The translations under genes were made by a program, and so were the position numbers. Of a DNA stretch of 64,000 bases, positions 59,100 to 64,000 are shown in pieces. Where the stretch lies: positions 33,330 through 97,329 of the forward strand of contig QCOD01000001.1 of assembly GCA_003209955.1 (NCBI GenBank). The letters are read 5' to 3'. Position 1 is the first letter of the stretch; each line of letters opens with the position of its first letter. The DNA comes from OCS116 cluster bacterium AG-430-B22. GTDB taxonomy: Bacteria > Pseudomonadota > Alphaproteobacteria > MED-G09. The notes beneath the pieces are model-generated. The model saw nothing but the letters and a program-made list of their open reading frames with translations. It searched no databases and had not been told where the DNA came from.

Positions 59100-61097
59100 A
59101 TGACTAACTGGGGTATTCTAGGAACTGGTAACATAGCTAAAACTTTCGCATCAGCTATTAAAGAGACCGACAGATCAACTTTATTAGCGGTTGGAAGTCG
59201 ATCAAAAGATTCTGCTGATTTATTTGCCTCAACTTATAACTGTATTGGTTTTGATGATTATCAAAAGCTTTTAGATGATAAAGATATTAATTCTATATAT
59301 ATCTCTACTCCTCATGCATCACATTTTGAATTCTCTTATAAGGCATTGATGAATGGTAAATCTGTTCTTTGCGAAAAGCCTCTTACAATGAATTCTTCAG
59401 AGGCAATGCTATTATTTAACCTTGCCAAGAAAAAGCAGCTACTTCTAGTTGAAGCTTTTATGTATCGGATGCATCCTCAAACCGATAAAATTAGAGAATT
59501 AGTTCAAGAAAACTTCGAAGGTAAAAAAATTGAAATAAAAGCAAGCTTTGGGTTTCAAGCTAATGTCAATGAAGACCACCGATTACTTAATCCGAAACTT
59601 GGGGGTGGATCTATTTTAGATATCGGTTGCTACCCTTTATCTATGGCAAGAATGATAGTTGGGTTCATAAACGGTAAAGAATTTATGGATCCAGAAGAAT
59701 ATGAAGTTCAATCTGAGATAAATAAACATGGAATTGATTTATCATCTGAAGCGAAATTAACTTTTTCAGATGGATCATTAGCTTATCTATCCTCATCAAT
59801 AAAAGAAAATTTAGATAATTCTGTTGAGGTTACAGATGGGAAAAGAACTCTTTTAGTTAGAGATCCTTGGCATTGTGGTGAATATAAGAAGGATAATAAT
59901 TCTCTAATTATTAAAGAAGGTAATAAAAAAATTTCTGAAATAAATATAGATGCCATGGGTAAAGTTTATATAAATGAGATCAATCATTTTGATGAATGTC
60001 TAAAAAATAATATTGAAAGCATAAAAATATCTCATAAAGACTCATATGGTAACGCTGTATGTCTAGATGAATGGAGAAGACTTGCAGGTGTAAGATATGA
60101 TTTTGATGAGCCTGAGAATAACTCATCATCCTTTAATAAATCCTTATTTAATAATAAAGAAAATTTAATTCCCAAAATAAAAATTGAAGGTTTAAATAGT
60201 AAAGTTTCGAAGTTAGTTTTCGGATGTGATAATCAGATAGATACAAATCATGCTTTTTCAATGTTTGATCACTTTTACTCGATTGGAGGCAATGTATTTG
60301 ATACTGCATTTATTTATAATGATGGAAAAAGTGATGAGCATCTTGGTAGATGGATAAATTCTAGAAAACTAGAAAATGATGTTATTGTTCTAGGTAAAGG
60401 CGCTCACACGCCTCACTGTTATCCTGAAATAATTCGTGATCAACTTCTTAAGAGTTTATCTCGATTGAAAATAGACTACATAGATATTTATTGCTTACAT
60501 AGAGATAATCAAGATGTTCCAGTTAAAGAGTTTATTGATGTCTTAAATGAGCTAAAGGATGAGGGGTTAATAAAAATATTTGGAGCATCTAATTGGTCTT
60601 TAAAGAGGTTTCAAGAGGCTATTGATTATGCTGATAACAGTAATAAAACTCCGTTTGAAGCATTGAGCAATAATTTTAGTTTAGCTCATATGATAAAGCC
60701 GGTCTGGCCAGGGTGTGAAAGTTCTTCAGATAAAGATTTTAGGAAATTTTTGAAGAAAAAAAATATTCCTTTATTTCCTTGGTCAAGTCAAGCTAGAGGT
60801 TTTTTTCTAAAAGATACTTTAGAAAAAGAATCTTATCATCCTGCAGACCCAAACTTAGATGAACAAAAAAGAGTATGGCATAGTAAAGAAAATTTAATAA
60901 AAAGAGATAGATGTTTTGCAATGGCTAAGGATAAAGGATTTGAACCAATAGAGATTGCTCTAGCTTATGTTTTAAATCAAGATTTTCCAGTGTTTCCTCT
61001 AATTGGGCCTAGAAATTTTATAGAAACTGAAAGCTCTGCTAATTCGTTAAAAGTTCAACTGACCAAAGAGGAAATGCAATGGTTAGATTTAAATTAA
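59100..61097 (+). CDS. Gfo/Idh/MocA oxidoreductase fused to aldo-keto reductase
   Basis: N-half WGILGTGNIA, CEKP, GGSILDIGCY; C-half FDTAFIY, LGKG, LHRD, GASNW, WSSQARG. Confidence 0.9.
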   Translation: MTNWGILGTGNIAKTFASAIKETDRSTLLAVGSRSKDSADLFASTYNCIGFDDYQKLLDDKDINSIYISTPHASHFEFSYKALMNGKSVLCEKPLTMNSSEAMLLFNLAKKKQLLLVEAFMYRMHPQTDKIRELVQENFEGKKIEIKASFGFQANVNEDHRLLNPKLGGGSILDIGCYPLSMARMIVGFINGKEFMDPEEYEVQSEINKHGIDLSSEAKLTFSDGSLAYLSSSIKENLDNSVEVTDGKRTLLVRDPWHCGEYKKDNNSLIIKEGNKKISEINIDAMGKVYINEINHFDECLKNNIESIKISHKDSYGNAVCLDEWRRLAGVRYDFDEPENNSSSFNKSLFNNKENLIPKIKIEGLNSKVSKLVFGCDNQIDTNHAFSMFDHFYSIGGNVFDTAFIYNDGKSDEHLGRWINSRKLENDVIVLGKGAHTPHCYPEIIRDQLLKSLSRLKIDYIDIYCLHRDNQDVPVKEFIDVLNELKDEGLIKIFGASNWSLKRFQEAIDYADNSNKTPFEALSNNFSLAHMIKPVWPGCESSSDKDFRKFLKKKNIPLFPWSSQARGFFLKDTLEKESYHPADPNLDEQKRVWHSKENLIKRDRCFAMAKDKGFEPIEIALAYVLNQDFPVFPLIGPRNFIETESSANSLKVQLTKEEMQWLDLN

Positions 61098-61104
61098 TTT
61101 AGAC

Positions 61105-61989
61105 TTAAGTTAAATTATAAATACCTTCTAAATCTCTTCCTTGCACAGTAACTTCTTGATTGTTTTCCATTCTTTTTAAATGAGCGAGGGTCGACATTGC
61201 TGCGGCGGGATGAAGAGATTTATCAACATCTTTATAAATCATCTTTACTATTTCTGAGATCCTATTATTTCCTTTTTTTATAGCATCAATAATCTGTTTT
61301 TCACGGTTTAGTCTATGAGATATATATTCTGAGACTAACTTTTTAGGCTCATCAATAATTGGACCGTGAGTTGGAAAAAATTTCTCTTCTCTTCGAGAAA
61401 GCAATTTTTCTAAAGAAACAATATAATCTTCCATATCGCCATCAGGGGGAACAATAACCGTAGTAGACCAGCCCATTACATGATCGCCAGAGAATAGAAT
61501 ATTTTCATCTAATAAGGCATAACAAATATGGTTTGATGTGTGACCAGGGGTATGTATAGCTTCAATTGACCATTCATTAGTCTTTATTTTATCACCATCT
61601 TTTAATTCTATATCACCTTCAATATTTCTATCATAACCCTCCTCGAAATCATCTTGAGCAAGCTCAACATTACTTAAATTTTTATAATATATCTTTGCTC
61701 CAGTTTCAGATTTTAATTTTTTCGCAAGAGGTGAGTGATCATTATGGTTGTGAGTTAATAGTATATGAGTAATTTCTTGTCCTGATGTCGCCTTCATTAA
61801 TGCATTATAATGATCATTATCAATAGGCCCTGGATCTATTACAGCTATATTTTTATTGCCTATGATATATGTACCTGTGCCAGTGAAAGTGAAACCACCT
61901 GGATTGTTAGCAATCACTCTCCTTACAAGTGGCGTTAATTGATCACAAACTCCATATTCAATTGATTTTATAAATTTTTCTAATTGCAT
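61105..61989 (-). CDS. MBL-fold hydrolase (LACTB2-like)
   Basis: ANNPG.FT..GT.TY, THNHNDH, TPGHT, SGDHVM, PTHG. Confidence 0.9.
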   Translation of the reverse strand: MQLEKFIKSIEYGVCDQLTPLVRRVIANNPGGFTFTGTGTYIIGNKNIAVIDPGPIDNDHYNALMKATSGQEITHILLTHNHNDHSPLAKKLKSETGAKIYYKNLSNVELAQDDFEEGYDRNIEGDIELKDGDKIKTNEWSIEAIHTPGHTSNHICYALLDENILFSGDHVMGWSTTVIVPPDGDMEDYIVSLEKLLSRREEKFFPTHGPIIDEPKKLVSEYISHRLNREKQIIDAIKKGNNRISEIVKMIYKDVDKSLHPAAAMSTLAHLKRMENNQEVTVQGRDLEGIYNLT

Positions 61990-62073
61990 TAGTTTAATGA
62001 ATATTTCCCAAAAAAAACAAAAACTGATAATAATCTTATAAGAATAACTTAAAGTAATAAATTAATAAATATT

Positions 62074-63450
62074 ATGAAATATATTTCTACAAGAGGAAAG
62101 GCCCCTGAGTTAGGTTTTGAAGATGTTCTTTTATCCGGACTTGCAAATGATGGTGGTCTTTATATTCCAAAAGAATGGCCAAAGTTAGACTACAAAGAGC
62201 TACCTACAACATCATATTCTGAACAGGCAGCATATGTTATTTATCCTTTTGTTAAAGACTTTTTAAGTTATGAAGAGTTAAACGATATTGCTAGTCAGGC
62301 TTATAGTCATTTTCCTTCGAAAGAGGCAATAGGGTTGAAAGAAGTTGAAAAAGGAAACTATTTATTAGAGCTTTTTCATGGACCAACCCTTGCTTTTAAA
62401 GATTTTGCCATGCTTTTATTAGCTCAATTTTTTGAAACTTCTTTAAGTAAGAAAAATAAATCAATAACCATTTTAGGCGCTACTTCAGGAGATACTGGTA
62501 GTGCCGCGATTGAAGCTTTTAAAAATAATAATCATTGCACTGTTTTCATATTATTTCCAAAAGGAAGAGTATCTGAAATACAAAGAAAACAAATGACAAC
62601 TGTTGATAGCACAAGCATTTATCCAATTGAAATTGACGGAACTTTTGATGATTGTCAAAATCTTGTGAAACATCTATTCCAAAATCTTGAATTCAAAGAA
62701 GAGGTGAGTCTTGGTGCAATTAATTCAATCAATTGGGCGCGCGTAGCAGCTCAAATTGTTTACTATTTTTCAACATTTCAGCAATTACAATCAAATAGAG
62801 TTTCTTTTTCAGTACCAACAGGAAATTTTGGAGATGTTTTAGCCGGATGGGTTGCAAAAAAAATGGGATTACCTATTGATAAATTAATTGTTGCAACAAA
62901 TGATAATGATATTTTAGATCGAGCGATATCTAATGGTGACTACTTTCAAGAAGAAGTAAAGGCTACCACATCTCCAAGTATGGATATTCAAATTTCAAGT
63001 AATTTTGAGAGGTTATTGTTTGAATCTTTAGATAGGGACCCAGAAAAATTAAGAAATCTATTTAAAGAATTAAAGAAAAATAATGGTTTTAGAATAGGTG
63101 CTGACACTCTTACCTATATTAGAAATGATTTTAAATCAGGTAAGGCAAGTGAAGAAAAAGTAAAAGATACGATTTCACGGATTCATAAAGCTTCTAATAT
63201 AATTCTTGATCCACATACAGCAGTAGGATTTTATGCATCTGCAAGTGAATTAAATTTTGATGTACCGATGGTTAATTTAGGAACAGCACATCCTGCTAAA
63301 TTTTCTAAAGCAGTTATTGATGCAATCGGTCTTGAGCCAGAAATTCCTGATAGACTAAAAAATATAATTAATAAAAAAGAGAAGTTTACTCAATTAGAGA
63401 ATAATTCAGAAGTTTTAATAAGTTTTATAAGAAAGCACTCAAATGTTTAA
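62074..63450 (+). CDS. thrC: Threonine synthase
   Basis: YISTRG, DGGLY.P, LELFHGPTLAFKD, ATSGDTG, NSINWAR, PTGNFG, SPSMDI..SSNFER, TAHPAKF. Confidence 0.96.
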   Translation: MKYISTRGKAPELGFEDVLLSGLANDGGLYIPKEWPKLDYKELPTTSYSEQAAYVIYPFVKDFLSYEELNDIASQAYSHFPSKEAIGLKEVEKGNYLLELFHGPTLAFKDFAMLLLAQFFETSLSKKNKSITILGATSGDTGSAAIEAFKNNNHCTVFILFPKGRVSEIQRKQMTTVDSTSIYPIEIDGTFDDCQNLVKHLFQNLEFKEEVSLGAINSINWARVAAQIVYYFSTFQQLQSNRVSFSVPTGNFGDVLAGWVAKKMGLPIDKLIVATNDNDILDRAISNGDYFQEEVKATTSPSMDIQISSNFERLLFESLDRDPEKLRNLFKELKKNNGFRIGADTLTYIRNDFKSGKASEEKVKDTISRIHKASNIILDPHTAVGFYASASELNFDVPMVNLGTAHPAKFSKAVIDAIGLEPEIPDRLKNIINKKEKFTQLENNSEVLISFIRKHSNV

Positions 63451-64000
63451 ACATATAAATCCCATATTTTTCTTATTTTTATTTTGTTTCTTAAGCATAC
63501 CTTTGTTGTCTCAAGTTATTACAATCGATTCGCATATTGATATTCCTTTTGATTATATGGAAAACCCCCAACATGACCCTGGTAAAATTACTGATATGCA
63601 GGTTGATCTAGCTAAAATGAAAAAGGGTGGTTTAGATTCTGGTTTTTTTGTTGTTTATGTTCCCCAAGGACCATTGGACAAAGCAGGCTTTAAAAAAGCA
63701 AAGCTTCTTGCTGAAAAAAAATTTTTAGCAATTTCAAAAATGACTAAAACATATTCTAATCAAATTGGACTTGCCTTGGCGCCAGAAGATATTATTCAAT
63801 TAAAAAATAATAACCTTTTATCAGCAGCAATTGGAATAGAAAATGGATATGTAATTGGCGAGGATTTATCATTATTAGACCATTATTATTCTCTTGGAGC
63901 TCGATATATGACATTAACTCATATAGGTCATAATCAGATAGCAGACAGCTCAATACCAAGTAAAAGATTAAATGATGAGGAAGAACTACATGGTGGAATT
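63443..64000 (+). CDS. Membrane dipeptidase (peptidase M19), 3' truncated by window edge
   Basis: My translation from ATG 63443: signal peptide, IDSHIDIP, QVDLAKMKKGG, IGIENG, GARYMTLTH.GHN. Confidence 0.88.
   Translation, partial: MFKHINPIFFLFLFCFLSIPLLSQVITIDSHIDIPFDYMENPQHDPGKITDMQVDLAKMKKGGLDSGFFVVYVPQGPLDKAGFKKAKLLAEKKFLAISKMTKTYSNQIGLALAPEDIIQLKNNNLLSAAIGIENGYVIGEDLSLLDHYYSLGARYMTLTHIGHNQIADSSIPSKRLNDEEELHGGI

Overview
AT-rich (roughly 30% GC by eye), very gene-dense window of about 65 CDS. It looks like a streamlined marine proteobacterium (SAR86-like by style; inference only). I found no rRNA, tRNA, CRISPR array, transposase or recognisable transcription-factor gene. The content is mostly catabolic and detoxification enzymes: four Rieske oxygenase alpha subunits, three SnoaL/NTF2 proteins, several GST-fold proteins, SDRs, a haloalkane dehalogenase, an epoxide hydrolase and MBL hydrolases. 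There are also two TonB-dependent receptors, two GPH-family MFS symporters, a phytase, an orphan C5 DNA methyltransferase, mce, hemH and thrC. Best candidate new system: a 94-aa leader ORF (signal peptide, His cluster, CxxC, C-terminal RGPP arrest motif) whose Pro-Pro codons can base-pair with the Shine-Dalgarno of a downstream His-rich ZnuD-like TonB receptor, suggesting a metal-sensing ribosome-stalling switch. Also notable: a Fur-box-preceded tandem pair of unknown paralogous membrane proteins, and a bacterial TPR-fused protein carrying the eukaryotic PRMT signature motifs.
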